A stretch of 64,000 nucleotides of DNA from Alphaproteobacteria bacterium (GTDB taxonomy: Bacteria; Pseudomonadota; Alphaproteobacteria; UBA828): contig CAXXMU010000005.1 in NCBI GenBank assembly GCA_963667785.2, forward strand, positions 128,001 to 192,000, given 5' to 3'. This document shows positions 31,944 through 42,961 of the stretch, piece after piece. Position 1 is the stretch's first letter; the number at the start of each line of letters is the position of its first letter. Position numbers and translations under genes: made by a program. Under the pieces are notes generated by a model. It did no database searches and was not told the origin of the DNA. It saw nothing but the letters and a program-made list of their open reading frames with translations.

Positions 31944-34804
31944 GGCCCGGCCTCGCCGTCGAGGGCCGCGTCGATCAGCGCCTGTTGCTCGCGCTGGTGC
32001 ACGACGAGGAAGCCGGTGGCGGGCGAGGCGGCGGGTGCGCGCCCGGCGTAACGGGGTGTGCGCGCAGCACCGCCGAGCTCGGTCAGCACCGCCTCGATCC
32101 GGGGGGCGACGAAGGTCCAGGCGCCCATGTTCTCGGGCTCCTCCTGGCACCACACCACCTCGGCGTCGCGGTAGGGCGCGACCTCCACCATGAGGCTCCT
32201 GCTCGGGAACGGCGCGATCTGCTCCAGCCGCACCAGCGCCACGTCGTCGATGCCGCGCTCCTCCCGCGCCGCGGCCAGGTCGTAATAGACCTTGCCGGAG
32301 CAGAAGACGATGCGGCGTGCGCGCTCAGGCCGAACCGCCGGGTTCGTCTCCCCGATCACCCGGTGGAAGCGGCTGCCTCCGCTCATCTCGTCGAGCGCAG
32401 ACACGCAGCCCCGGTGGCGCAGCAGCGACTTGGGCGACATGACGATCAGCGGCTTGCGGAAGCTGCGGCGGAGCTGGCGGCGGAGCACGTGGAAGTAGGA
32501 GGCGGGCGTGGAGCAGTTCACGACCTGGATGTTGCCGTCGGCATAGAGCTGCAGATAGCGCTCCAGCCTGGCCGAGCTGTGCTCGGGCCCCTGCCCCTCG
32601 AAGCCGTGCGGCAGCAGCATGACGAGGCCGGACATGCGCAGCCACTTGGCCTCTCCGGCGCAGACGAACTGGTCGATGATGACCTGGGCGCCGTTGGCGA
32701 AGTCGCCGAACTGGGCCTCCCAGATGGCGAGCGCATTGGGGTCCGCGATCGAGTGGCCGTACTCGAAGCCGAGCACGCCCACCTCGGAGAGGAGGCTGTC
32801 GGCGAGCTTGAGCCGGGCCTGGCCCGGCCTGATGTTGTTGAGAGGGATGTAGCGGCTCTCGTTCTCCTGATCCACGAGGCCCGCATGGCGCTGGGAGAAG
32901 GTGCCACGCGAGCAGTCCTGGCCGGAAAGCCGCACGGGCTTGCCCTCCAGCAGCAGCGAGCCGAAGGCCAGCGCCTCCGCCGTCGCCCAGTCGATCGGAC
33001 CGCCGGCCTCGAGCGACGTGCGCTTCTCGTCGAGCTGACGGCGGATGCGGTGGTGGACGGCGAAATCCTCCGGCACGCTGGTGATGGCGCGGCCGATCTC
33101 GGCCAGCACCTCGGGCGCGACGGCGGTATCGCCCGGCCGCTCGTCGCGGGGCGCCGCCTCGATGTCGGCCCAGTCGCCCTCGAGCCAGTCCGCCTTGTTG
33201 GGGCGGTAGCTCCTGGAGGCTTCGAGCTCGGTCTCCAGCCGCGCCCGGAAGTCCCCCATCATCCGGTCGGCGTCGCGGTCGGTGAGCACGCCCTCGGCCA
33301 CCAGACGCTCGGTGTAGGTCTGGCGGGTCGTGGGCCGCTCGCCGATGGCGCGGTACATCGCCGGCTGGGTGAAGGCCGGCTCGTCGCCTTCGTTGTGGCC
33401 GTGGCGGCGGTAGCAGAAGATGTCCACCACCACGTCCGCCTTGAACTGCTGGCGGTACTCGGCCGCGATCTGGCAGACCCGCACCACTGCCTCGGGATCG
33501 TCCCCGTTCACGTGGAAGACCGGCGCCTGGATAACCTTCGCCACCTCGGAGGGATAGGGCGAGGTGCGCGCCTGGGCGGGGCTCGTGGTGAAGCCGATCT
33601 GGTTGTTGACGACGATGTGGATCGTGCCGCCGGTGCGGTAGGCCCGCAGCTCCGAGAGCTCGAAGACCTCCGAGCAGAGCCCCTGGCCCGCGAGCGCGGC
33701 ATCGCCGTGGATGAGAAGGCCCATGACCCGCTGGCGGGCCTTGTCGCGGCGCATCGCCTGCTTGGCGCGGACCTTGCCCAGCACCACGGGATTGACCGCC
33801 TCCAGGTGCGAGGGGTTGGGCGTGAGCGAGATGTGCAGCGTCTTCCCGCCGCCGAGGTCGCGGTCGGCGGACGCGCCGAGGTGGTACTTCACATCGCCCG
33901 AGCCCTGGACGTCGCCGGCGCCGGTGACGCCCCCCTGGAACTCGGAGAAGACCGCGGCGTAGGACTTGCCCATGATGCTGGTCAGCACGTTGAGCCGGCC
34001 GCGATGGGCCATGCCGATGACGATCTCGTCCACGCCGAGCTCCGCGGCCCGCGCGATGACCGCCTCGAGCGCCGGAATCATGCTCTCCGAGCCCTCGAGC
34101 GAGAAGCGCTTGGCGCCGGCGTACTTCACGTCGAGGAAACGCTCGAAGCCTTCCGATTCGTAGAGCTGGCGCAGGATCTCCGTCTTCTCGCCGCGCGAGA
34201 GCGACTGCCGGTTGCGCTCGCCCTCCATCATCCGCTGCACCCAGGCCTTCCGCTCCGGGTACTGGATGTGCATGAACTCGACGCCGATGCGCGCGCAGTA
34301 GGTCTGCCTGAGGATCGCCAGCACCTCGCGCAGCGTCGCCCGCTTCAGCCCGAGCACGCCGTCGACATAGATGGGGCGGTCGTAGTCGGCCTCCGAGAAG
34401 CCGTAGCTCCTGGGGTCGAGCTCCGGGTGATGGCGCTCGCCCTCGAGACCGAGGGGGTCGAGGCTCGCGATCAGATGGCCGCGCACCCGGTAGGCCCGGA
34501 TCAGCATGAGCGCGCGGATGGAATCGATGGTCTCCGCCTGCACCGGGGCGTCGGCATCGGCTGCCGGCGTCGACGACGCCGGCGGGCGGGGCTCCGGCAG
34601 CCCGAGCGAGCGCGCCTCGTCTCCCTCGGCGGTGCCCGCAGGCGCGCCGTCGCCGCCGGCAGGCCGCCCCTCGCGCTCGAAGAGGCGCCGCCAGCTCGGA
34701 TCGATGGAGGAGGGATCCTGCAGATACCGGGCGTGAAGCTGCTCGATGACGGCGGGATCGGCGCCGCCGAGGAAGGCCGATGCGCCGTCGAGCCCGTCGC
34801 TCAT
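31940..34804 (-). CDS. sucA: 2-oxoglutarate dehydrogenase E1
   Basis: [43 protein letters not shown]; start at MSDGLD. Confidence 0.97.
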
Positions 34805-35700
34805 GCCGCCCGCCCCGGTCGCCGCCCGCTGCGGAGCACGTCGAGCACCGTGGTGCCGATGGCCGCGGGCGATTCCGCCACCGTTATGCCGGCGCTCCGC
34901 ATGGCCTCGATCTTGTCTCCGGCCCCGCCCTTGCCGCCCGAGATGATGGCGCCGGCATGGCCCATGCGCCGGCCGGGCGGCGCCGTGAGGCCGGCGATGA
35001 AGCCGACGACGGGCTTGGCGAGCTTCTCCGCGCGCACGAACTCGGCGGCCTTTTCCTCCGCCGTACCGCCGATCTCGCCGATCATCACGATGGCCTCGGT
35101 CTCCTCGTCGCCGGCGAAGAGGGCCAGGCAGTCGATGAAGTCCGTGCCGGCGACGGGATCGCCGCCGATGCCTATGCAGGTGGACTGGCCCAGGCCCGCG
35201 GCGCTGGTCTGACCCACCGCCTCGTATGTAAGCGTGCCCGAGCGCGAGACAATGCCGATCGAGCCGCGCCGGTGGATGTGGCCCGGCATGATGCCGATCT
35301 TGCACTCGTCCGGCGTGATGACGCCGGGGCAGTTGGGGCCGATGAGGCGGGTGCGGCTGCCGTCGAGCGCCCGCTTGACCCGCACCATGTCGAGCACCGG
35401 GATGCCCTCGGTGATGCAGACGACGAGGGGGATGCCTGCGTCGATCGCCTCCAGGATAGCGTCGGCCGCGAACGGCGCCGGCACGTAGATGACGGAGGCG
35501 TCGGCGCCGGTGCCCGCGCGGGCGGCCGCCACGGTATCGAAGACGGGCAGCCCGAGATGGCTGCCACCGCCCTTGCCGGGGGTGACGCCGCCCACCATGC
35601 GCGTGCCGTAGGCGATCGCCTGCTCCGAGTGGAAGGTGCCCTGGGCCCCGGTGAGCCCTTGGCAGATGACGCGCGTCCCGCGATCGACGAGGACCGCCAT
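34801..35700 (-). CDS. sucD: Succinyl-CoA synthetase alpha
   Basis: [27 protein letters not shown]. Confidence 0.97.
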   Translation of the reverse strand: MAVLVDRGTRVICQGLTGAQGTFHSEQAIAYGTRMVGGVTPGKGGGSHLGLPVFDTVAAARAGTGADASVIYVPAPFAADAILEAIDAGIPLVVCITEGIPVLDMVRVKRALDGSRTRLIGPNCPGVITPDECKIGIMPGHIHRRGSIGIVSRSGTLTYEAVGQTSAAGLGQSTCIGIGGDPVAGTDFIDCLALFAGDEETEAIVMIGEIGGTAEEKAAEFVRAEKLAKPVVGFIAGLTAPPGRRMGHAGAIISGGKGGAGDKIEAMRSAGITVAESPAAIGTTVLDVLRSGRRPGRAA

Positions 35701-36869
35701 CAGCCGGCCCGCCCGATGGCCGCGACCACCTTCGCTGCGGCATCGCCGAGATCGTCCGCCGCGATCAGGTCGATGCCGGCCCCGGCGAGGATCGCCTTGC
35801 CCTTCTCCACGTTGGTGCCTTCGAGGCGGACCACGAGGGGCAGCTCCAGCGCCACCTCCCGCGCGGCCGCGACGATGCCTTCGGCGATCACGTCGCAGCG
35901 CATGATGCCGCCGAAGATGTTGACCAGGATGCCGCGCACGTTGGCATCCGAGAGGATGATCTTGAAGGCCTCGGTGACCCGCTCGCGGCTGGCGCCGCCG
36001 CCGACATCGAGGAAGTTGGCGGGCTCGGCGCCGTGCAGCTTGATGATGTCCATGGTCGCCATGGCGAGGCCCGCGCCGTTCACCATGCAGCCGATGTCGC
36101 CGTCGAGCTTGACGTAGCTGAGCCCGTGCTCGGCCGCGGCGCGCTCTGCCGGGTCCTCCTCGTCCGCATCGCGCAGCGCGGCGATCTCGCCGCGGCGGTA
36201 GAGCGCGTTGTCGTCGATGCCGACCTTCGCATCGAGGGCGACGAGCGCGCCCTCCGACGTCTCGATCAGGGGGTTGATCTCGACCAGGCTCGCGTCGGTG
36301 CCGTGCACCGCGTCGTGGACCGCGCGCGCGAGCCGGCCCGCCGCCTTCGCGCTTTCGCCCGAAAGCCCGAGGCCGAAGGCGAGGCTGCGCCCGTGGTGCG
36401 GCTGGAAGCCGCTGGCCGGGTCCACCGCCACGGTCACGATGGCGTCGGGGCTGCGGGCCGCGACCTCCTCGATGTCGACGCCGCCTTCGGCCGACGCCAT
36501 CAGCGCGACGCGGCCGCTTTCGCGATCCACCACCGCGCCGAGATAGTACTCGTGCGCGATGTCGGCTCCCTCCTCCAGGTAGACGCGGCGTACCTCGCGG
36601 CCCGCCGGGCCCGTCTGGTGGGTGACGAGAACGGTGCCGAACATGGCGCGCGCCGCCTCGATCGCCGCCTGCCGGCTGGTGCAGACCTTGACGCCGCCCG
36701 CCTTGCCGCGCCCGCCCGCGTGGATCTGCGCCTTCACCACCCAGACCGGGCCGCCGAGCCGGTCGACGGCGGCCTCGACCTCGGCGGGCGCTAGCACGGG
36801 CACGCCGCGCGGCACGGGCACGCCGAACCCCGCCAGCACCTGCTTGGCCTGATATTCGTGGAGGTTCAT
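35700..36869 (-). CDS. sucC: Succinyl-CoA synthetase beta
   Basis: [51 protein letters not shown]. Confidence 0.97.
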   Translation of the reverse strand: MNLHEYQAKQVLAGFGVPVPRGVPVLAPAEVEAAVDRLGGPVWVVKAQIHAGGRGKAGGVKVCTSRQAAIEAARAMFGTVLVTHQTGPAGREVRRVYLEEGADIAHEYYLGAVVDRESGRVALMASAEGGVDIEEVAARSPDAIVTVAVDPASGFQPHHGRSLAFGLGLSGESAKAAGRLARAVHDAVHGTDASLVEINPLIETSEGALVALDAKVGIDDNALYRRGEIAALRDADEEDPAERAAAEHGLSYVKLDGDIGCMVNGAGLAMATMDIIKLHGAEPANFLDVGGGASRERVTEAFKIILSDANVRGILVNIFGGIMRCDVIAEGIVAAAREVALELPLVVRLEGTNVEKGKAILAGAGIDLIAADDLGDAAAKVVAAIGRAG

Positions 36870-37065
36870 GGGGCCGTTCCGTCGGCGCGAGAATGAGGGC
36901 GCGCCGTTATAGCATTCCGCCGCCTGCGCGGGCTATCGCGGCGGGCGGCGGACGACGGGCGATTCTCGACAGGCGGTTGCGTTCCGTACGCGGTGTTGGG
37001 ACCATGGCCCGACCCGGCGCAGGAAAGCGATCGGGACCCACATCAGCGGGCGGCGGGGCGCCAGC

Positions 37066-37773
37066 GTGACCGATATCGGCGAGGCCTTCGCGGCGGCCTT
37101 CTCCCTCGTCTACCACCTCGACCGGGATCTGGGAGAGATCGTGCTTCTCTCGCTCCAGGTCAGCGTCGGCGCCGTGGCGGTGGCGAGCGTCGTCGGCCTG
37201 CCGCTGGGCGCCGCGGTCGCGCTCTTCCGCTTCCCCGGCCGGGGCGCCATCGTCGTCCTGCTCAACGCGCTGATGGGCCTGCCGCCGGTGGTGGTGGGGC
37301 TGGTGGTCTATCTGGTGCTGTCGCGGGCCGGCCCGCTCGGCGTCCTCGGCCTGCTCTTCACGCCGACGGCCATGGTCATCGCACAGGTGCTGCTGGTGGC
37401 CCCGATCATCGCGGCGCTGGCGCGCCAGGTGATCGAGGACATGTGGGGCGAATACGAGGAGCAGCTCCGCTCCCTCGGCGCGACGCCGCGGCGCGCGCTC
37501 GCGGCCCTGCTCTGGGACGGGCGGGTCAGCCTGCTGACCGCCGTGCTCGCGGGCTTCGGCCGGGCCATCGCCGAGGTCGGCGCGGTGATGATCGTCGGCG
37601 GCAACATCGACCACGTCACCCGGGTGATGACCACGGCGATCGCGCTCGAGGTCTCCAAGGGCGATCTCGCGCTGGCGCTCGGCCTCGGCATCGTGCTGGT
37701 GGCGCTCTCGATCGCCGTCAGCGCCGCGGTGGCCCTCCTGCGCGGCACGCTGGCGCAGGCGCGGGTGCAATGA
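37066..37773 (+). CDS. tupB: Tungstate ABC transporter permease
   Basis: MGLPPVVVGL, GPLG.LGLLFT, FGRAIAEVGAVMIVGGNI. Confidence 0.9.
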   Translation: MTDIGEAFAAAFSLVYHLDRDLGEIVLLSLQVSVGAVAVASVVGLPLGAAVALFRFPGRGAIVVLLNALMGLPPVVVGLVVYLVLSRAGPLGVLGLLFTPTAMVIAQVLLVAPIIAALARQVIEDMWGEYEEQLRSLGATPRRALAALLWDGRVSLLTAVLAGFGRAIAEVGAVMIVGGNIDHVTRVMTTAIALEVSKGDLALALGLGIVLVALSIAVSAAVALLRGTLAQARVQ

Positions 37774-37814
37774 CGGACGCGATGACCGACGCGATGACCG
37801 ACGCGATGACGGCG
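37770..37814 (+). repeat. 12-bp tandem repeat ATGACSGACGCG x3 plus a partial copy at the tupC start
   Basis: atgacggacgcg atgaccgacgcg atgaccgacgcg atgacggcg, encoding MTDA-MTDA-MTDA-MTA. Confidence 0.9.
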
Positions 37815-38567
37815 CCGTCCATCCTGCCGCTGGAACTGCGCGGCGTGAGCTTCGAGCGCGACCGGCAGCGGCTTCTCAAGGAGGTCTCGGTGCGCATCGC
37901 CGCGGGACCGAAGACGATCATCCTCGGCCCCAACGGCGCCGGAAAGAGCCTCCTGCTCAGGCTCTGCCACGGGCTGATCGCGCCGAGCGAGGGCGAGGTG
38001 CTGTGGCTGGGCGCCGACGGCCGCGATCCGCTGCGCTTCCAGGCGATGGTGATGCAGCGCCCGGTGATGCTGCGCCGCTCGGTCGCCGCCAACATCGACT
38101 TCGCGCTCAGCCTGCGGCGCATCCCCCGGCCGGAGCGCCGGCGGCTGATCGGCCAGGCACTGGAGCGGACCGGCCTCGGCGCCTTCGCGCGGGTGCCGGC
38201 GCGCGTGCTCTCCTTCGGCGAGCAGCAGCGCCTCGCGCTGGCGCGGTCCTGGGCGCTCCGACCCCAGGTGCTCTTCCTCGACGAGCCGACGGCCAATCTC
38301 GACCCGGCGGCGACCCACGTGATAGAGGACGCGATCGAGGCGATGGCCCGGGAGGGGACCAAGATCGTCATGACCACCCACGATCTGGGCCAGGCGCGCC
38401 GGCTCGCGGACGAGGTGATGTTCCTGCACCGCGGGCGCCTGCTGGAGCGTGCAGGCGCGGACGCGTTCTTCGCCGGGCCGGAGAACGAGCTGGCCGGCGC
38501 CTTCCTGCGCGGCGAGCTGCTCTGGTGGGAACGGCGCGAGCTCACCCCGCCCACGGCGCGCGCCTGA
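37770..38567 (+). CDS. tupC: Tungstate ABC transporter ATPase
   Basis: GPNGAGKS, LSFGEQQR, FLDEPTANLD. Confidence 0.88.
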   Translation: MTDAMTDAMTDAMTAPSILPLELRGVSFERDRQRLLKEVSVRIAAGPKTIILGPNGAGKSLLLRLCHGLIAPSEGEVLWLGADGRDPLRFQAMVMQRPVMLRRSVAANIDFALSLRRIPRPERRRLIGQALERTGLGAFARVPARVLSFGEQQRLALARSWALRPQVLFLDEPTANLDPAATHVIEDAIEAMAREGTKIVMTTHDLGQARRLADEVMFLHRGRLLERAGADAFFAGPENELAGAFLRGELLWWERRELTPPTARA

Positions 38568-38578
38568 GGGCCGTCTTC

Positions 38579-39427
38579 GTGAGAATCCTACGCGCCGGGG
38601 CGCCCGCCCGCGCCTTGCGTTCGCTCCCGGCGCTGGCGCTCGGGCTGGCCGTCGTGCTGGCGGCGCCGGTGGCAGGTGCCGGCGACTTCATCACCGTCGC
38701 CTCCACCACGTCGACCCAGAACGCCGGCCTCTTCGACCATCTCCTGCCGCTCTTCGAGGCGGAGACCGGCATCGAGGTGCGCGTGGTCGCGGTCGGCACC
38801 GGCCAGGCGCTCCGGCTCGCGCGCAACGGCGATGCGGACCTCCTGCTGGTGCACGACAGGCCGTCCGAGGAAGCCTTCGTCGCAGCGGGCCACGGCAGCC
38901 GGCGCTTCGACCTGATGTACAACGACTTCGTGCTCGTCGGCCCCGCCGGCGACCCGGCCGGGATCGCGGGGGCAGGCGACGCGGCGGCGGCGCTCGGGCG
39001 GATCGCCGCGGTGCGCGCGCCCTTCCTCAGCCGGGGCGACGACAGCGGCACCCACCGCCGCGAGCGCGCGCTCTGGGCCGCCGCCGGGCTCGACCCCAGA
39101 GACGCCTCGGGCACCTGGTACCGCGAGGCGGGCCAGGGCATGGGGGCCACGCTCAACACGGCATCGATGATGGAGGCCTATACGCTCACCGACCGCGGCA
39201 CCTGGCTGAAGATGCGGGGCCGCCTCGACCTCCGCCTCCTGGTCGAAGGCGGGGCGGGGCTCCGCAACGAGTACGGCGTCACCCTGGTGAGCCCGGAGAA
39301 GCACCCTCACGTCAAGGCCGCGCTGGCGCGGCGCTTCGCCGCGTGGCTGATCTCGCCGGCGGGCCAGGCGGCGATCGAGGGCTTCACCATCGACGGCGAG
39401 CGACCCTTCATCCCCAACGCGAACTAG
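38579..39427 (+). CDS. tupA: Tungstate ABC transporter substrate-binding protein
   Basis: ASTTSTQNAGL, VGTGQAL, MYNDFV, SRGDDSGTH, GQGMG, TDRGT; start uncertain. Confidence 0.88.
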   Translation: MRILRAGAPARALRSLPALALGLAVVLAAPVAGAGDFITVASTTSTQNAGLFDHLLPLFEAETGIEVRVVAVGTGQALRLARNGDADLLLVHDRPSEEAFVAAGHGSRRFDLMYNDFVLVGPAGDPAGIAGAGDAAAALGRIAAVRAPFLSRGDDSGTHRRERALWAAAGLDPRDASGTWYREAGQGMGATLNTASMMEAYTLTDRGTWLKMRGRLDLRLLVEGGAGLRNEYGVTLVSPEKHPHVKAALARRFAAWLISPAGQAAIEGFTIDGERPFIPNAN

Positions 39428-39497
39428 CAATGTCCCGAGCATTCGGATAAGCGGGTTCGGTCCGGGCCGATCCGGGCAGAGCCGCGGAGGCGGAGCC

Positions 39498-40817
39498 ATG
39501 GCACGGGTGCGCATTCTACCGAAGGAAGACGCCACCAACGGCTGGAGCCGGATCCTGCCTCCGCGCGAGCCGACGCCGGCGCTGAAGGGCGACGTCCGCG
39601 CCGACTGGCTGGTGGTGGGCGCCGGCTTCGCCGGCCTCGCCGCGGCGCGCCGGCTCGCCGAGAACCGGCCCGACGACCACATCGTGCTGCTGGAGGCGCA
39701 CGAGGTGGGCGAGGGCGCGTCGGGACGCAATTCGGGCTTCGCCATCGACCTGCCGCACAATGTCGGCGGCGAGTTCGAGGAGCTGGAGGGCGCGCAGGGC
39801 TATATCCGGCTCAGCCGGGCGGCGATCGGCTATCTCGACCGCTGCGTGGCGGAGAACGGGATCGACTGCGCCTACACCCGGCGCGGCAAGTACCACGCCG
39901 CGCGCACGGACCTCGGGCGCGAGAAGATCCTTGAGCCGTTCGCGCGCACGCTCGACGGGCTGGGCGAGCCCTATCGCTGGGTCGACGCCGCCGCGCTCAA
40001 GCGGGAGCTCGGCATCACCTATCACACGTCTGCGCTCTACACGCCGGGCGGGCGGCTGATGAACCCGGCGGGGCTCACCAAGGGCCTCGCCGCCACCTTG
40101 CCCGGCAACGTGACGCTGCACGAGCGCACGCCGGTCATGGAGGTGGAGGAGCGGAACGGCGTTCGCGCGACCACCCCCGGCGGCAGCGTGGACGCGCAGG
40201 CCATGGTGCTCGCGGTGAACGGCTTTGCGCCGCAGTTCTCGGTCTTCAAGGGCTCGCTCCTCACCTTCGCGGCCCACGGCAGCCTGACCCGGCCGCTCAC
40301 CGACGCCGAGCACCAGGCGCTGGGCGGCGTGGACGACTGGGGCCTCACGCCGGCCAACTCCCACATCAGCGTGACCCTGCGCTACACGACGGACCGGCGC
40401 ATCCTCGTCCGCCAGCGCTTCTTCTACGCGCCCAGGCTGCGGCGCCCGGACGCGGAGATGGAGACCATCCGCCGCGACCATCAGCGGGCCTTCGCGGCAC
40501 GCTTCCCGATGCTGCCGGAGGTCACGATCGAGCACACCTGGCGCGGCTATGTCTGCCTCTCGCGCAACCACGCGCCGGGCTTCGGCCGGGTGGGCCCCCA
40601 CAGCTTCGCCGCGGTCTGCCAGAACGGGGTCGGCGTGACCAAGGGCACGATCTCGGGCGTGCTCGCGGCGGACATGGCATGCGGCGAGGACAATGCGCTC
40701 ATCGCCGACATGGAGGAGCAGGGGAAGCCCTCTCCGCTGCCGGCGGCGCCGCTGACCGCGCTCGGCGTCCGCGCCCGCCTCGCCCTCGACGAAATCCGCT
40801 GGCGCAGGGAGCGTTAG
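39498..40817 (+). CDS. FAD-dependent oxidoreductase (DAO/PuuB-like)
   Basis: VVGAGFAG, GASGRNSGF, CQNGVGVTKG. Confidence 0.85.
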   Translation: MARVRILPKEDATNGWSRILPPREPTPALKGDVRADWLVVGAGFAGLAAARRLAENRPDDHIVLLEAHEVGEGASGRNSGFAIDLPHNVGGEFEELEGAQGYIRLSRAAIGYLDRCVAENGIDCAYTRRGKYHAARTDLGREKILEPFARTLDGLGEPYRWVDAAALKRELGITYHTSALYTPGGRLMNPAGLTKGLAATLPGNVTLHERTPVMEVEERNGVRATTPGGSVDAQAMVLAVNGFAPQFSVFKGSLLTFAAHGSLTRPLTDAEHQALGGVDDWGLTPANSHISVTLRYTTDRRILVRQRFFYAPRLRRPDAEMETIRRDHQRAFAARFPMLPEVTIEHTWRGYVCLSRNHAPGFGRVGPHSFAAVCQNGVGVTKGTISGVLAADMACGEDNALIADMEEQGKPSPLPAAPLTALGVRARLALDEIRWRRER

Positions 40818-40978
40818 CGCGTCCGACTTCGACGGACGCGCTGCAGGCCGCGACCGCGGCCCGCCGCTTATGCGGCGCGCTCGCGCAGGCGCCGGCCGTT
40901 GCGCGGAATCGCGGGACGGCCGGCTGCCGTGAGCGACAAAGAGGCTGGAGCGTTCCGCGTTAAGACGGATACGCTCTA
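40815..40978 (+). repeat. Multi-hairpin dispersed repeat, copy 2
   Basis: Matches copy 1 (ggccgcgac.gcggcccgccgc..atgcggcg ... gccggctgccgtgagcgacaaagaggctggagcg); its two ends overlap the TAG stops of the convergent flanking genes. Confidence 0.85.
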
Positions 40979-41839
40979 CCCCACCGTTCCTCCGTTCAGC
41001 TCCTGCCGCAGTTCGCGCAGGAAGTCGCCGGCCGCGTGGGCCGGCACGGTCGCGGCCCGCACCAGGGCGTCGAAGTGGCGCGTGAGCACGCGGATATGCT
41101 CCAGCGTGTTGAAGGCGAAGAACATCTGGCCGACATAGACCACCGCCCGCTGCGGCCCGAACACCGTGTAGGGCACGGAGAAGTGGGTGCGGCCGTCGAA
41201 GAAGAACACGCGGAGCGTGGGGTAGAGCTCGTCGATCAGCGCGATCATGTGATCGAGCTGCTCGCGCCTGGCCGCCAGCGAGAGATCGCGCCAGATGCCC
41301 TCGGCTCTGGCGAAGGACTCGAGTGACTGGCGCGACTGGCCGATCTCGATGTCCGTCTCGGGCAGCCGGACATAGGCGAGGCGGCCGTGCGAGACGGCGA
41401 TTGCGCGGTCGGCGGAGCGGGCGGCGAAGTCGCGATACTCGTAGTCCAGCACCTCCTCGGTCTTCATCAGGTCGGGCAGGGTCGCCGGCACGTGGCGGAT
41501 CTTGTAGCCGGCCGCCTCGGCGTGCCAAGCGGCGAGACTCTCGTCCACCGGCTCGTCGGCGCTCGGCATCACCTCCACCGATTCGTGCAGGATGTCGGCG
41601 CCGAGCTTGGCCTCCTGGCTGAGGCCGAGCAGCCAGTCGAGGCTGACGTGGAGCGCGGACGCGATCGCCGCCGCGGTATCGGCGCGGGGGAGCCGGTCGG
41701 CGTCGGGCGCGAGAAGCTGCGAGACGGTGGAGCGGTCGATGCCGATCCGCGCGGCGAGCCGGGAGCGGTTGACCCGCCCGCTCGTCATGGCTTCGTGCAG
41801 CCGCTCGCGGAAGCGTTGCGCCGTGTCACGCCTGTCCAT
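40976..41839 (-). CDS. XRE-family HTH transcriptional regulator
   Basis: N-terminal HTH: NRSRLAARIGIDRSTVSQLL...LHVSLDWLLG; divergent from the desaturase. Confidence 0.85.
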   Translation of the reverse strand: MDRRDTAQRFRERLHEAMTSGRVNRSRLAARIGIDRSTVSQLLAPDADRLPRADTAAAIASALHVSLDWLLGLSQEAKLGADILHESVEVMPSADEPVDESLAAWHAEAAGYKIRHVPATLPDLMKTEEVLDYEYRDFAARSADRAIAVSHGRLAYVRLPETDIEIGQSRQSLESFARAEGIWRDLSLAARREQLDHMIALIDELYPTLRVFFFDGRTHFSVPYTVFGPQRAVVYVGQMFFAFNTLEHIRVLTRHFDALVRAATVPAHAAGDFLRELRQELNGGTVG

Positions 41840-42010
41840 GAGCCTTCTCCCCGACTGGTGTAGAACATCACGCTATTGCGTGTTTTATCACGTAATCGGA
41901 GTAACCGGCGCGGCTTGTGACGGAATGGGCGAATTCCCTCGTTGTTTCACCGATTGCAGCGCCACAGAGTGGCCTGTCGTCGCCACGATTGCCGGGTCTT
42001 CGCGCTGCAC

Positions 42011-42958
42011 ATGCTCGATCAATCCCTCGATAGAGCGCAGGTTCGTGGCCTCTGGCGCCGCATCGAGGGGCCGACCTGGCTCGTGGCGACGACGGTCCAC
42101 GGCGGGTGGTTCGCGCTCACCTGGTTCCACCATGCGCTCCCCTGGTGGCTGATCCTGCCGCTGGGCGGCTGGCTGGTCGCCTGGCACGGCAGCCTGCAGC
42201 ACGAGGTGCTGCACGGCCATCCGACGCGCCGGCGGGCGTTCAACACGGCGCTGGCGCTGGCCCCTCTCCTCCTGTGGCTGCCCTATCCGCTCTACCGCGA
42301 CCGCCACCTCCGGCACCACGCCACGCCGCATCTGACAGACCCGCTGGACGACACCGAGAGCTTCTACGTCACCGCCGCCGCGTGGCGGCGCCTCGGGCCC
42401 GTGGGGCGGCTCATCCTCAGGGTCCACAACACGCTCGCGGGCCGGCTGCTCATCGGGCCGCCGCTCACGGTCCTCCTCTTCTGGCGGGAGGAGGGCGCGC
42501 GCCTCGTCCGCCGCGAGCCGGGATGCATCGGCATCTGGGCCTCCCACGCGGCGCTGACGGCGCTGCTGCTCTACTGGGTGGTCGGCGTCTGCGGCATCCC
42601 GCTCTGGGCCTACGTGCTGCTCTACGCCTATCCGGGCACCGCGCTGATCCTGCTGCGCTCCTACTACGAGCACCGCCCGGCGGCGGACCAGGCGGAGCGC
42701 ACCGCCATCGTCGAGGCCGGGCCCCTGATGACGCTGCTCTATCTCGGCAACAACCTGCACGCCCTCCACCACCAGCGGCCGGGCATCCCGTGGTACGACC
42801 TGCCCCGCACGTACCGGGCGGAGCGCGAGGACCTGCTCGCCGCAAATGGCGGCTTCCTGTTCGCCGGATACGGCGATATCGTGCGGCGATTCCTGTGGCG
42901 GGAGAAGGATTCGCCGCTGCATCCGGGACCTGCCGCAGGCACCCACCAGGAGGGCTAG
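42011..42958 (+). CDS. Fatty acid desaturase family (di-iron His-box) protein
   Basis: HEVLHGH, HLRHH, EH, NNLHALHH His boxes with TM segments. Confidence 0.88.
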   Translation: MLDQSLDRAQVRGLWRRIEGPTWLVATTVHGGWFALTWFHHALPWWLILPLGGWLVAWHGSLQHEVLHGHPTRRRAFNTALALAPLLLWLPYPLYRDRHLRHHATPHLTDPLDDTESFYVTAAAWRRLGPVGRLILRVHNTLAGRLLIGPPLTVLLFWREEGARLVRREPGCIGIWASHAALTALLLYWVVGVCGIPLWAYVLLYAYPGTALILLRSYYEHRPAADQAERTAIVEAGPLMTLLYLGNNLHALHHQRPGIPWYDLPRTYRAEREDLLAANGGFLFAGYGDIVRRFLWREKDSPLHPGPAAGTHQEG

Positions 42959-42961
42959 CGC

